This document shows, one piece after another, positions 1-12,233 of a DNA stretch of 64,000 nucleotides. The notes beneath the pieces are model-generated. The model had not been told where the DNA came from and made no database searches. It saw nothing but the letters and a program-made list of their open reading frames with translations. The stretch comes from Carpediemonas membranifera BICM (lineage: Eukaryota; Protista; Fornicata), in NCBI GenBank assembly GCA_019828565.1, contig JAHDYR010000067.1:680994-744993 (forward strand), written 5' to 3'. The translations under genes and the position numbers were made by a program. How positions within the stretch are numbered: position 1 is the stretch's first letter; each line of letters begins with the position of its first letter.

Positions 1-1284
1 GGCGATATGAGGGCGAACTCGACCAGCGAACAGCAGCTGGCGGCCGCTGAGGAAGATGCTAAAATAACTCGTCTGCGAAATCATGATCCGGTCGACCCTG
101 AAGGGCAGGTCGCCGAAGCGTGTCATATCATCATCGTGCCCGAGCCCCAGCTGGCCATAATCGTTTCTCCCACTGATCATCTGCCGATCACACATTGAGA
201 GGATGACAGTCGCTGCATTAAACGGACCCACATGCATGATGTGATCTGGGACAAAGCCAGACGGCACTGCTACTGGGGTGAACAGACGTCTATTGCCCCT
301 CTCGGCTTCGCCTATGAACCAATTCGCCTTGTTGCCCGCCATGACAGTGCCGACCGGAGTGAGTATGAACGTCTGATATTCATATATCGACACATCAGTC
401 ACCATCCTGTGCTTCTCCCAGGGGGGCAGGCTGGCCTCGAGCGCGGCGACCTTGGGGCAGGCGGGGAAGGTGAGGCGGGTCGGGTCGTTGAACTTAAATG
501 ACTGGAACCCAAGCTGGCTACGTCCGCTAGTGCCCCAGCCCCACATGCCCTTGGGCGTCCTGGCGATGTGGGTGATCTCGTTGCCGTAGACCTCGAGGGC
601 CCTGGGCATCCTGGCCCTGGTGAGGGCGGCGTGATAGTCAGTGCGGAGCATGAAGAGTCGGCCCATGTACATGCGGTGGTGGTAGCATCTGTCGGGCACA
701 GGGCGCTGATAGCTCTCGCCGTCCTTCTCGGCGACGTTCAGCGAGAAGAAGAACTTGCGGCAGAGGAACCAGAGGCACTTGGCCTCGGGGGTGAACGCGT
801 CGCTGATCTTGTCGTGTGTCTCAATATCATCTGGCTCCTTCTCTCGAGCCTCTTTCAGCACCCTGTCCTCGAGGTCGGGGTTGGCCCCGCCGCCCAGCAG
901 ACACGCCCACACCGCGCCCTGGTTCAGCGTGTGCATGGCGACCGGGAGCTCCTCGCCGTCCGCGAGCTCGACGTTCATGGACAGCGGGGGGCCGCTGGTG
1001 AGGATCGAGCGGGCGCGGTCGAGGAGGGCTTGCGCGGATGGCTCGAGAGGAGGGAGCTTGGAGAGCGCGGCGAGGAGGGATTCGAGAGAAGGGGCGCTGG
1101 TTGGTGTATAAGTGCTATCTGCTTTGTGAATCGAGGGCATCTGCTTCTTGAAGTGCCTGACGTAGGCGCATTGGATCAACGAGGGGATGTCCCCAGAGAT
1201 GGAGGCCGTCACAACAAGCGAGGCGCGGAATGCGGTGATCAGCGCATCTCTGATGGCAGATGGCGAGGATCTAGTGCTGCTCAT
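1..1284 (-). CDS. RCC1/BLIP-II-like repeat protein, 3' end outside the window
   Basis: Absent from the ORF track because it has no stop in the window. Manual translation from ATG 1284 is open to position 1 (MSSTRSSPSAIRDALITAF...HTLNQGAVWACLLGGGANPDL...FAGRVRPHIA). It contains RCC1-type motifs MWGWGTSGRSQLG and ISGRNDYGQLGLG. Confidence 0.75.
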   Translation of the reverse strand, partial: MSSTRSSPSAIRDALITAFRASLVVTASISGDIPSLIQCAYVRHFKKQMPSIHKADSTYTPTSAPSLESLLAALSKLPPLEPSAQALLDRARSILTSGPPLSMNVELADGEELPVAMHTLNQGAVWACLLGGGANPDLEDRVLKEAREKEPDDIETHDKISDAFTPEAKCLWFLCRKFFFSLNVAEKDGESYQRPVPDRCYHHRMYMGRLFMLRTDYHAALTRARMPRALEVYGNEITHIARTPKGMWGWGTSGRSQLGFQSFKFNDPTRLTFPACPKVAALEASLPPWEKHRMVTDVSIYEYQTFILTPVGTVMAGNKANWFIGEAERGNRRLFTPVAVPSGFVPDHIMHVGPFNAATVILSMCDRQMISGRNDYGQLGLGHDDDMTRFGDLPFRVDRIMISQTSYFSIFLSGRQLLFAGRVRPHIA

Positions 1285-1559
1285 TGGTTTCAGCGCTCAG
1301 TTCGGTGGTGCCCAAATTCTGACTGCCGACTCGCCGACCGCCGACGCCAGCTGCGAGACATGGCCTTGCAGCAAGCCAAGCCTCACCACAAACATACTTT
1401 ATACATCCATCGATGACATGCAGCCACCCAGCCAACTCACCGACCCCGCAGCAGCTTCCGCTAGGCCTTCTCCTCCTCCGTCAGCCGGCCCCACGGTTTA
1501 AATAACACGCACCCTCGCCCCTTCCACGCTAATTAACATTTACATGCCCCACTACAGCC

Positions 1560-3381
1560 TCATTCCCGTTCCCCCACCCGATCGGTCTGCAGCATCGCCA
1601 GCTCTGCCAGCAGCTCCTCGTTCCTCGCCGCAAGCTCCTTGTTTCTCGCAAGAAGTGTGTCTATCATGCTCTGCATTGCACCAGGACTCATATCACCGGC
1701 AAGACTGCCCGTATCTGCGGTCACAGGTCGGATGATTTGCTCAAGAACAGCGGTCTGTTGCTCCAACATTGTCTGGACAGTAGCCACAGTTAGCCCACTC
1801 CCTAGGGGCTTCGGGGTAGTTGCCTTGGCTTGCGACGGCGTGGCCACGGGCCGTGTTGCTTCATCCCGCGCGCTGACGAGGGGTAGATCCCGTATGCTCG
1901 GCTCCTTCTCGCCAATGAATCTATCAACCTCCCCGTCCCCGTCGCTGAAGATCCCAGTGCCAGTGCCCCCCTCACCGGGCGGTTTCTTCTCAGATCGCCG
2001 GACGGTGAATCGTCCTTTCTTACGGCCGCCTGCTACGAGCTTGGCGCTCTCCGCGGGCGTATCTGGTCTTGACCCCTCGACCGAGTCGTGGTCATCTCTG
2101 TCGCTAGGAGCGCGCTCAGCAGGCGTGCGTTCGTCTCGATCGCGTGTTGGTTCTCGAGTCGTGCTGATTGTGCTTGGTATCTCGCGTGTGTCCTTCTCCT
2201 TGCGGTCGGGGGCAACTACCTCTACCCGCTCGACCCTGTCAACCGGCTCGATCTCGTCCTCACAGATCCTCTCAGGCCGGTGCGAGGTCTTGCTCTGAAC
2301 TCTGTCCGCGTCTATCTTGGCTGCGGCCTTGTTCTCCTCCGTCCCGCTGAATTTCCAGCTCGTGTGTAGCTGGGCGCCGGTCGCTACCTGCGGCACCTGG
2401 CGGGGCGGTGCAGTTTTAAGGAACTCGACGTATCTTGCCAGAGCCGCGCCGAGTTGCTGCTTGCCATCGGGAATGCGGGATTTCTTGGCCGCGGCCCAGG
2501 CTTGGAGAATGCCGAGGAGTTCTTTCATGGACAGCCGCTCCTGGGGCGAGCGCTTGAGGCATCCGTGGATGAATGACTTCATCTTGGAGCTAGTCTCGGG
2601 CGGTGGGCCGGGCGGGTCGCGCTGGAGGGTCTTGATGAGGACCTTCATGGCCGGCAGGTCCGAGTGGGGCGCTGCGCCGTACATCATCTCGAGAGCGGTG
2701 ATTCCGAGCGACCATACATCCGCCTTCTGGTCGTAGCCCTTGTTGTTCTGCTCCACAACCTCCGGGGCCATCCAACAGGGCGTGCCCACGAAAGTCTGGC
2801 GCTTGTTGACTCTGGAACCAGCGTCAAACATGGATGCTGAGACGCCAAAGTCCGCGAGAAACACGCGGAGGTGAGTGTCCACGAGAATGTTGCCTGTGTG
2901 AGTCTGAGCGATGGGCTGTTGGTAGAAGGCCGTGCTAATACATACCTGCCTTGACGTCCCGGTGGATGCGGCCCGTTGAGTGGAAATAGACGAGAGCCTC
3001 GACCACTTCCAGGAGGATGTAGCCTACTGCTTCTTCTCGAAGGCCATCGCGGGATACTGCGTGCATGATGTCGTGAATGGAGCCCTCGAGCAAGGGCATG
3101 ACTATGTATAGGCTGGATTCGTGCAGGAACACAGTGTGGAACTGAACGAGGTTGTTGTGCCGTGTCATACGCATAGTCTGGATCTCCTGGCGGATCTCCT
3201 CGAGGAAACTGGAGTTGCCGTGCTCTAAGTCGATGATTTTGACTGCAACTTCTTCGTCTTTAGCGAGACAGCGCGCCTTGTAAACTGTGGCGGATGCACC
3301 ATTGCCGATAGGACAAATAAGCTCGTAGTCCTCTTTGCTATCAGGCCATATCAAGCCTTCTGGTTGGGTTTCAGTTGACAT
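1560..3381 (-). CDS. STE20-family Ser/Thr kinase (OSR1/SPAK/Fray-like), two exons, intron 2894-2945, C-terminal coiled coil
   Basis: Motifs IGNGASATV and VAVK. HRDVKAGNIL is restored by splicing a 52-bp GTATGT...CACAG intron. Also DFG, TFVGTPCWMAPE and DVWSLGITALE. Likely start MSTETQPEGLIWP at 3381; an upstream in-frame ATG exists at 3492. Confidence 0.93.
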
Positions 3382-3735
3382 CGACGGATTGTCGCCCTTG
3401 TAGAGCCGCTCTTGTCGACGTGCCTTAAACCGCTCGCTCGAAAAAATGTTGTTGCTGTTGACAAACAGCACTTGTTGCCTTCTCTCGGACATTGTGTGTT
3501 GCGTATAAGATGTTCAGTTGTTTCAGTTCTCCAATCGCCGCTCAATTTTCAAATGGACCACGCCGCTGGTCAGAAACGCCATAAATTGCGCAAGAAACAA
3601 TGCACAGAGGAACATGATGCCCAGCATTCTTCGCTCCGCCACATTTCCAGCTCAATCGTCCCACCCCGGCTCATTTTCGTCGGGGAATCCTCTGCATGAA
3701 AAAAGCTGTAGCAAAATCCAAATCGACGTTGAACT

Positions 3736-4953
3736 ATGGAGCCGCAACACGCCAAGGCTCAATACGACTATAACGGAAAAGAAGAGCGTGAGCTTAGTTT
3801 CCATGTGAACGATATTATCCTCGTGCTTAAGTCTGATCCCTCTGGCTGGATGAAGGGTGAGCTCGATGGAAAGCAAGGCTGGTTCCCGCGGTCCTATGTG
3901 ACCATTGGAGACTCCAACAGTACATCAACTCAAGCAGCGGCCAAATCTGCTGCCAGCAGCGCTGATTTCCCCTATATGGCTCGAGCTGCCTACACGTATG
4001 GCGGTCAGGAGGAAAAAGAGCTTTCATTCAAGAGTGGGGAGCTCATCAAGGTCCTCAAGGCTGATCCGTCAGGCTGGATGAAGGGTGAACTGAACGGCAA
4101 GCAGGGCTGGTTCCCCGAGACGTTCATTGTACCAATTCGTGACGAGCAAGTGACACAGGGCGCAGCTGACTCTGCGTCCATCCAGCCTGCCACAGCCCCT
4201 GCCCAGCCAGTAAGCAAGCCCAGCCCCGCCGAGGCGCCCGAGAAGGAGAAGAAAGACAAGGACAAGAACGCCACCCATACTGATGATACCTCCTGGAAGG
4301 GCGTGCTGAAGTTCCTCAATGGCTTCTTCAAGCGTCGCCCGACCCGCGAGGAGCTTATCCGCAAGAAAATCCTCCCTCCAGAGGGGGATCGACTCTTCGG
4401 CCTCGACCTCCAGCGCGTGCTCGACCGTGAACAGCGCACTGTTCCGCGTTTCGTCACAGACGCCATCGCATACCTGAGAGAACACGGCATTCACGAGGAA
4501 GGCATCTTCCGTCTCTCTGCTTCTGCCGCACAGCTCCAAGAGAAACGACTGGCCCTCGACTACGAGCACCAGGTCGACCTCAGTGGAATCAAGGACCACA
4601 ACCTCGTCGCCGCGCTGTTTAAGTTGTACATCAGAGAGCTTCCTGGCGGTGTGATCGGCACGGCTCCTCTGGCCGAGCTCGGGGCTGTCGTGGGCGACCT
4701 TGAGGCGACCGCAGCGGTTCTCGATAGGCTGCCTGCGTGCAAGCGGGACTTTATGAAGACTGTAATGCCGCTACTTGCGGAGGTCGCCGAGATTCCTGAG
4801 AATCGTATGGATGCCAACAATATCGCCATTATATTCGGCCAGAACATATTTGAGCAGGTGGGGGCGTTCGACCCTGATGTGCTGAAGAATCAACACGCTG
4901 TCCTCAAGACGATGGTCGAGAACTGGGCCGCGATCGCGGGGATGCTGGCGTGA
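3736..4953 (+). CDS. RhoGAP with two N-terminal SH3 domains and an RPEL-like motif
   Basis: Two SH3 repeats (AxYDY...ELSF...GWMKGE..GKQGWFP). RRPTREEL sits just before the GAP domain, which has EEGIFRLS (arginine finger), ALFKLYIRELP and NRMDANNIAIIFG. Confidence 0.92.
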   Translation: MEPQHAKAQYDYNGKEERELSFHVNDIILVLKSDPSGWMKGELDGKQGWFPRSYVTIGDSNSTSTQAAAKSAASSADFPYMARAAYTYGGQEEKELSFKSGELIKVLKADPSGWMKGELNGKQGWFPETFIVPIRDEQVTQGAADSASIQPATAPAQPVSKPSPAEAPEKEKKDKDKNATHTDDTSWKGVLKFLNGFFKRRPTREELIRKKILPPEGDRLFGLDLQRVLDREQRTVPRFVTDAIAYLREHGIHEEGIFRLSASAAQLQEKRLALDYEHQVDLSGIKDHNLVAALFKLYIRELPGGVIGTAPLAELGAVVGDLEATAAVLDRLPACKRDFMKTVMPLLAEVAEIPENRMDANNIAIIFGQNIFEQVGAFDPDVLKNQHAVLKTMVENWAAIAGMLA

Positions 4954-5543
4954 GGGATAAATGCTTGTAGAACTTGAGTTGAGAGATGATGGAAGGGTTG
5001 TTTTAAGTCGAACTTGACCCGACTGGGTATCGTTGGAGGGGAGGTTTATCAGTGGCAGGTTGGCGCGCGGGGGCAGGTTGAAGGACCCACCCGGTAGCCC
5101 CCCTCCCCCCCCACACACAATTTTAGAATGCTAGGTTGTGTGTTCTGCCTCACCTGCGCGACTCCGTCGACTCAGGGTCGATCTGGTAAATCTTATGTGA
5201 GGGTTGAGAGAGAACCTTTCTCGTCTCGCCCTCGTGCCAAAGAAATACTATTACACTGGTGAATGGCCGTCTAGTTTATTGTCGTTCTTGTTCAGTTACC
5301 AAGTGAACGTGTCATGTGACGCTATGGAGTGCAGCTTGCTGATTCCGGCTTGGGATGGAAGCATGCAACCTCCTTTTGTCAGGATACTGAAGCCCGGCTC
5401 TTTTCAAATTTTTGATTTGAATGATCGACTGTCGCAGTCCAAGTCCGCAATCAACCGTTTGACCGCTGCTGGTTACGCTGGAAGCTTGTAATTGCCTTGG
5501 TACTGCTAAGGTGTTGATCTTGGTTAGTTTCGCCGCAGACTGG

Positions 5544-5672
5544 TGTCAGCGCGGCACTTCAATCAAATATTTATTTGATTGATGATCCGATCCGATCCCC
5601 GGGCAGGGTCCCGAATCATCTTTTTGTTTTGCTTGTAAAGCTTCACCCCCCGTTTCGTCTGCGAAACGAACA
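5544..5672 (+). repeat. 5' LTR of the Gypsy element
   Basis: TGTCAGCGCGG...CGAAACGAACA; two substitutions relative to 35477-35605. Confidence 0.93.
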
Positions 5673-5689
5673 GTATTAATACTAGTTTG

Positions 5690-8600
5690 ATGCAGAACGT
5701 TCCTGTGCCGGTTCCTAAACTAGCACTACAAGAATTGAGCCCAAAGACCTGGGCCAACTTCAAGAGAACGATGATCCAGTTCAAAATCTTCTACCCCGCA
5801 GCCACATACGCTGCCTTCCTAGACGCTGAACTCCAAGGTGCCCTAGAGGTCCAGCACAACGTTTCGCTGGCCTCCCAGTCCGACGACGACGTAATCCGCT
5901 GGGTTAACCAGCTCTTGGCGCCCCGAGACCCTCAAGACCTCCGCCTCCGTCTGGAGGCCGTGAAGTGCCAGGTGGATGCGAACCACGCCGTGTCGCGCGC
6001 CAACCATATCCGAGCTTATGCTCGTGCGTTTACAGATGTCCTGGGCTCTGCGGAGTTCATGGCCACCCCGCCAGCTACCCCTGAGGCGGACGAATCCATC
6101 CTCGCCGGGAACACTGACGGCACCGAACCAGAGCCCCCGGCCGATACCACCGTTCCGGCCGCCAGCGAGACCACGTCGGCCTCTCGGGCTCATCAGCGCA
6201 TCTTTGCGCAGGGCTTGAGGCCCGCCGCCTTCAGAGATGCCGTTGACTATGCCCAACGTGTAGAACGTCCGTCCTCTCTGCAGGACCTCATCCAGCTAAC
6301 TCTCAAGATCGCGGACGAAGATGACGAGGCCCGCGAGAAGGCCCAGCGCTTCGGATACTACGCGGGTCGGGGCCATGCCCCCACTGGGCCGCAGCGTCAG
6401 GGCCCCATAACCCCCTATCGTCCCAAGCCGCTGACCGGACCCAACCCGGGCCGCCAGGATCAGCCGCGGAATAATCCCGACCAGAGACGCCAGACCTTCG
6501 CCCAGCCACGCGAATCCCCTGGAAATTTCAGGGCTCCCGATTATCGCGCAGGCCGCAGAGCATGGAACCGAGAGAATGGATCCCTTCGCCCCGCCAGAGG
6601 CAACACCGCTCGCCAAAGTGCCCCTCGCGTGGTGAACACCCTCGATAATGGAGAACAGGTCGAAGATCATGAGGTTTTCCTCTTAGACGGTGATATCTCC
6701 GCGTCCACGGGACCTCTTACCGTGGAAGCCGCGATCGGTGACATGTCTATGCGCGCCATCATCGATACCGGTGCTTCCGTCACGTGTATCACCGAGCCTC
6801 TCGCGCACATGCTTCTTGAGGCCAAGAGCGCCAAACTCGTCGCCCGAGAGCCCATCACGGCCACCCCGGCCTTCGGCAGTACCCTATCTGTGAATGAGTT
6901 CATCGAGACCTCCCTCACTGCCACCCTAGTCGGTAGCCCGGTCCACACCACGATCATCGCCGCCGTCATTCCCGGACAATCTCAGAAGGTTCTGATTGGG
7001 ACCGACACGCTACGGAGCCTGGGAGTCCTGTGTAAGGACGAGCTATTCCTGAAGCTCAGCGCCCAGCCCGACAACCCCAAGGATGACGATATCCCGCTAC
7101 CTGTGTTCTCCATCGCTCCAGCCACCGAGGACCCGCTATCGCTTATTCAGATCCCGAACGACGACCTCCGCCCGGAGATAGTTGAGCTCGTGAATCAATA
7201 CGCCGAGCTCTTCAGCGATATTCCCCCAGAGGGCGCCAATGTGCCGCCGATGCACATCCCCATCGCGGAAGATGCCCCTCTAGTCCAGTCTGCACCGCGC
7301 CGTCTTGCCCCGCAGGCCAGAGACGCAGTCGATGCTGAATGCGAGCGCCTCCTTCAGGCCGGCATCATCGAGCCGAGCCAAGGCCCTTGGGCCAGCCCCA
7401 TTGTTGTGGTCGGAAAGAAGGACGGACGCATGAGACTGTGCGTTGATTACACGCAGATCAACCGCCTGACGCCGCCAGACAACTTCCCGCTACCTAACAT
7501 CCGGGAGTTCCTTCGCGCAGCCGCAGGCTGCACGGTGTTTGCCTCGCTAGACCTCAAGCAAGGCTATCACCAGGCCCCACTTCGAGAGGAAGACCGTCCG
7601 CTGTCAGCCTTTTGTCACACCCGACGGATACTTCCAGTACCGCCGGGTCCCCTTCGGCCTCACCCGTGCCCCGTCCTATTTCCAACGCATCATGCAAACG
7701 GTACTAGCACCCGTGCTCCACCGTGGCGTGGAAGTATACCTAGACGACGTCCTCATCTATGCTAGGTCTCCCAAGGAATTCATGACGATCCTTGGCTGCG
7801 TCTTCGAGCTCCTCCGGAAGGCCCGCCTCCGCCTCGGAGCCGCCAAATGCACGCTCGGTGCCTCAGAGATCACTTCTGTTGGGTTCATCATGGACAAACA
7901 GGGCATCAGAGTGACCGAAGACCGCATCAAGGCTCTCACGGAGCTCCGTAGCCCTTGCAACCTGAAGGAGCTGCGCATGGTGCTGGGTAAGTTCAACTAT
8001 GTGGCCCGACACCTCCCCCAAGCTCAGAAACACCTCGCGACGCTGTCGGAGCTCTTGGCTGGCGTCCCCGCAAAGGCAGGCTCCAAGAACCGCAGCAAGA
8101 CGGTCACCATCACCTGGGAGGCTCGCCACGAGCATGCCCTCACCTGCCTTAAAGAGCAGGTCCGCTCCCGGGTCACCCTGGCCTATCCCGACCTGTCGAA
8201 GGAGTGGCATCTGTTCACCGACGCCTCAACGCAGGGGAGTAGGCGGTGTACTTATCCAAGGCCGACCCGACGCGCCGGACGCTGAAGTAGTGGCATTCTT
8301 CGCCAAGAGCTTCACGACCACACAGAAGGCATGGTCCACATATGAGCAGGAGTTATATGGAATCCTACACGCCCTCTCCTCCTCCGAGTTGACGCCGCTC
8401 CTGAAGTGCCATCCCAAGCTCCACGTCCACACCGATCACCGTAACCTGGTATTTATCCGGAAGAAGTACCCTCAGAACGCGAAGATCGCTCGCTGGCGCA
8501 TTACGATGAACGAATTCACGTTTACTCTCGAACATGTCGCTGGCGAGGCTAACACGGTAGCAGACGCCCTATCTCGTGTCCTCCCCGACCTCAACGTCGA

Positions 8601-9219
8601 CACTGTCTACGCTGTGCACGTGAACGGGAGAGGCGAGGACTTCGTCATGATCGACCCACAAGCTGAGCTCACCAAGGTGCACAACACCGCGGTTGGTCAT
8701 GTGGGCCCCCCCGAGATGATACGCCGTCTGCGAAAGGCGGGCGTCCAGTGGCCCGGCATGTGGGAGGATGCCCGAGCTTTCTTCACAACGTGCACCGAGT
8801 GCCAGCGTGTCCGCCCAGGCCAGCGCTTGCCGGTCCCCCAACACCCAGACCTGCGGACAATACCCTTCCAGTCCGTCCAGGTCGACACCCTGGGCCCGTT
8901 TGCCCAGGACGAACACGGCCAGAAGTACGTCGTCGTGATCGTAGACGCGTTTTCTCGACACGTTTCTCTATTCCCGACGCACACTACGTCAGCAAAAGAC
9001 GCCGCCGACGCAATCTACAAGTTTCGCGCCGCGTTCGGCGTGCCGGAGTTCATACAGACGGACCAAGGCTCGCAGTACAAGAACAGTTTAATCGAAGAGC
9101 TCACAAGAAGCCTCACGATCGAACACCGCTTCTCTACGCCGTACCACCCCCAAGCAAACGGAAAGGTCGAACGCATGAATGCTGAGATCGCCCGTCACAT
9201 GAGGACGCTCGTAGATGAA
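5690..9219 (+). pseudogene. Gypsy gag-pol, part 1 (Gag, aspartic protease, RT, RNase H, integrase core); frameshifts near 7612 and 8235
   Basis: Protease AIIDTGAS; RT RLCVDY, LDLKQGYHQ, YLDD; RNase H LFTDAS, EQEL, TDHRNL; integrase HNTAVGH...CTEC, VDTLGP, TDQGS, KVERMN. Confidence 0.93.
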
Positions 9220-11706
9220 AGAAATTTAACGTATCCTGTACACCTGTGTAAATCAGGGAATTACCAGTTTGCACCACCCCATGTCCCCGGGAACGCCTTA
9301 GCGTGTTGACTTCCCTTCGTGAGCGAGCCTGATACTACGTTGGGGGCGTTAGCACCATCACCGTCAGGGTCCAGCTGGTAAGGCTGGGTAGTCCCTTGCA
9401 TGTTGACCTATCAACTGGCTGGCCCGATACCCCCAAAGTCGGGATAACCCAGGTCTTACTCTTGGGGGTCCTTCGGGCCCCCGTTCTGCCTGGCACCCGC
9501 AAGGCCTTGCCCTGCACACCCGCCACCGGGGCCTTCTGCTCGGTTTCCCCTACAGGGCTCCTCTCAGGGATATGTTCTCCATACCATTCGACCCAGTTTG
9601 CAATTTTTCAGGCACCCGCCGAAGCGGTTTCGGGCTTGGCGTTTGCCGTACCACGCAATTGGGCCAGTTATGAAACCCACCGATCATCGCTGGGTAGCTA
9701 TATGATTCACGGCTGCGTTCGGGCTCTTCCACACTTTCCGTTCCGGCATGGATCCCCTCCTCAAGGATTTGTTCCCTATAGGGCTTCTTCCTAGCTTCCG
9801 GCTGGTTCCAAGTTTTGGGTGCCGGGCCGTTCGGCGCAGCTCTGATTTGGTCCAGGTGCCGCCCAGGTGGTATTGTTGCCTTATGGTTACCCTCCTGTTT
9901 GGCTGCTGCGCCCCGATACCTCGCACGTACGTGTATACATGTGCATACGTGCCCCGCCCTATGGCTCTGGGTTATTTCTTATACGTGTGAAGAGTGTGCC
10001 GGTTCTGCCGACTGAATGTTGTCTACGTTCCCAGTATGGGTGAGCGTTTGTGTGTTAGCGAGATTAGTGTTCGGGGTTGAGTCCCCCTTCCGCGGCTGGG
10101 TGCTACCGGGATACGTGGGGCTTGCGTCCCCCGCTGATCCCAGGAGCGCTCCGCTTCGGTTGAGGCGGGGGTTGGATCCCAGTTTGACCCTGGTCCCAGA
10201 GGTCATAGGATTCTGGGATGGTGTACTTACCCGTCTTTCCGGAGGTTCAGAAGGGCACGTCTGCCGTTCTGCAGTCCCTCTCTGACGGTATGGTCCTCGC
10301 TGCGGAGGAGCCAGAGCATTTCCAGGATTGCCCTTGAGTTGTACCACTCCGCCTCCTGCCCTTGCCTTAGGGCGTGGTACTGTGTGCGTAGATGCGCCTC
10401 TGCCAGGATGTCATTCCATCCTTCTGGGCGTTCTACCGCCTTGCATTGGCAGATGATGTGGCTTTGTGTTCCCAGGGGCTGGTTGTATGCCCATTCTGAG
10501 AGGATTTTGGTGGTTTCCGCCGCGGTTCTGGTGACAGTGTACAGGCGAGTAATGGTGTCACCTTCTGAGTCCAGGGTACATAGGGGGCAACACCGCTTGA
10601 TCCTGCTCAGGAGGGCCTGGGGCTGGCCGATCGCGCTCCCAAGTATGGCTCTGCTTCTGCCACTGTTGCTGGGGGAGGGGAGTGTGTTGGATGCAGTCAT
10701 GATTACTCTCTTGACTTCCCGTCTGGTTATCATCTCACCCTTGATCATTCCTGGTTTCTTGGGTCTCTTCCCTTGCTGCATGCTGAGGATGACTTCCGGG
10801 GCTAGTACTGTTGCCACCCCTTTGGCCGTTCGGCTCCCCGGTGTGCAGTAGTTCTTCTGCTGTGAGGGTCCAGCCTCCCCTCTTTGCTCTTTCCCTGGCG
10901 GGCATCTCCTCCTGTGTGCCCTGGAGGACGCTCCGTCGCCATTGGTAGAGGCGATGTAAGACCGATCCTCTCTCCGCTGTCGCCCAGTCCAGATTCCCTA
11001 GGGGGTCGGACGGTCCGGGTCGTGCGCAGACTCATAGAGCCTCACCGCTCTCTGCCCCATATCTGCCTCCCAGCACATCCATCCCATTAGTACACGGGCG
11101 GCTCCTCCTCCCCCTGGTCCTGTGCCTGCCATTAGGCCGCGCCAGTTGTTCCAGATGGCTCTTCCCCCTGGCGCTTGGCCCCAGATCTCGATCCCGAACT
11201 CGATCTTGGGCCAGAGGAAGGTTCTGAGGATGGATTCCGAGGTGGCGGCCGGGGTGGATCCTTTGGTCCACCCTGCTCTCCTTGCCAGGGCTAGGTATTT
11301 CCGGGATTGTGACGTCTTCATTTTGATGCATGCTGCCAACGGATTCTTCCCGCTGGCTAGCCAGAGTCCCAGATACCTTGCTGAGTCTGACGCCAGTGTG
11401 GGAGTTCCTTGGATGCTGACCGCTGCAGTTACGTCGGTACTTATCACCACACTTTTGCCTGGGCTGGTCTGGAGTCCATGGGCTTCAATTACCCTGACCA
11501 CTGCGTCTGTGCCTTCTTCGGCGAGCTGTGGGGTCTCGGCTGAGATGCTTGTATCATCTACAAACATTGCAATGAGGCAGTTTTTGGGCCTATCGTCCGT
11601 TGGAGGGAGGCAGGGGTCCGGGATCTCTCTATGCCGGAGGTACAGTGCCGCCTGGCTTAGCCAGTTAGCTGTGAAGAGAATGAACAGAGTGGGGGCCACC
11701 ACACAT
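9220..11706 (-). mobile_element. 5'-truncated non-LTR (LINE-like) retrotransposon inserted antisense into the Gypsy integrase
   Basis: 17-bp TSD GGACGCTCGTAGATGAA at 9203-9219 and 11707-11723. Minus-strand RT fragment (CVVAPTLF, MFVDDT, SPGKS, RYLGLWL) and C-terminal CPLC...HIICQC motif; broken ORF ~11706-10227; ~1-kb 3' UTR. Confidence 0.88.
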
Positions 11707-12233
11707 GGACGCTCGTAGATGAACACGAAGCCGCTTGGAGCGACATGCTCCCGCAAGTGGCCCTCATACTCAACTCGCGAGTACACCCCGTGACCCATCA
11801 GTCCCCGTTGACCCTCCTCTTTGGTCACGACGGCTTCCACAAGGATACTCAGAGTCGGGAGGAGCGCTACACACGAGCCAGGAACTCTGTCTCCCGCGAC
11901 CATGCCAAGAAGCTCGGCCGTGTTGCGTCCACGACCTACCGAGCTTATACCAGCGGGAGCCTCGTACTGCTGGCCCCCATCAAGCCGATGAAGCTGGCCA
12001 TGAAGTGGCGCGGCCCGTTCCGCGTCATACAGGAGGGGAAGGTCAAGGGATCGGTCATCATTCAGTCCCTCACCGACGACGCCGACCAGTTCACCGTCGC
12101 GTCAGAGCGCCTCCGGCCTTTCCACCGCCGCCGAGGCCAGTCACTCGCAGAACTTCGGGCACTCGTAGCCCGCCAAGACCGTGAGTTCGAGGTCGAGTCC
12201 GTCAAGGACCTCGACATGAAGGGTCGCCGTCTC
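11707..12233 (+). pseudogene. Gypsy pol, part 2 (integrase C-terminus, GPY/F motif, start of chromodomain)
   Basis: Continues RTLVDE into HEAAWSDMLPQVALILNS...SPLTLLFG; KLAMKWRGPFRV; EFEVESVKD. Confidence 0.88.

Noticed and set aside
568-1416. 282-aa plus-strand ORF
   Set aside because: Antisense shadow of the minus-strand RCC1-like gene.
7600-8240. Programmed frameshifts in Gypsy pol
   Set aside because: They fall inside RT and RNase H at T and G runs, not at the gag-pol boundary; more likely errors or mutations.
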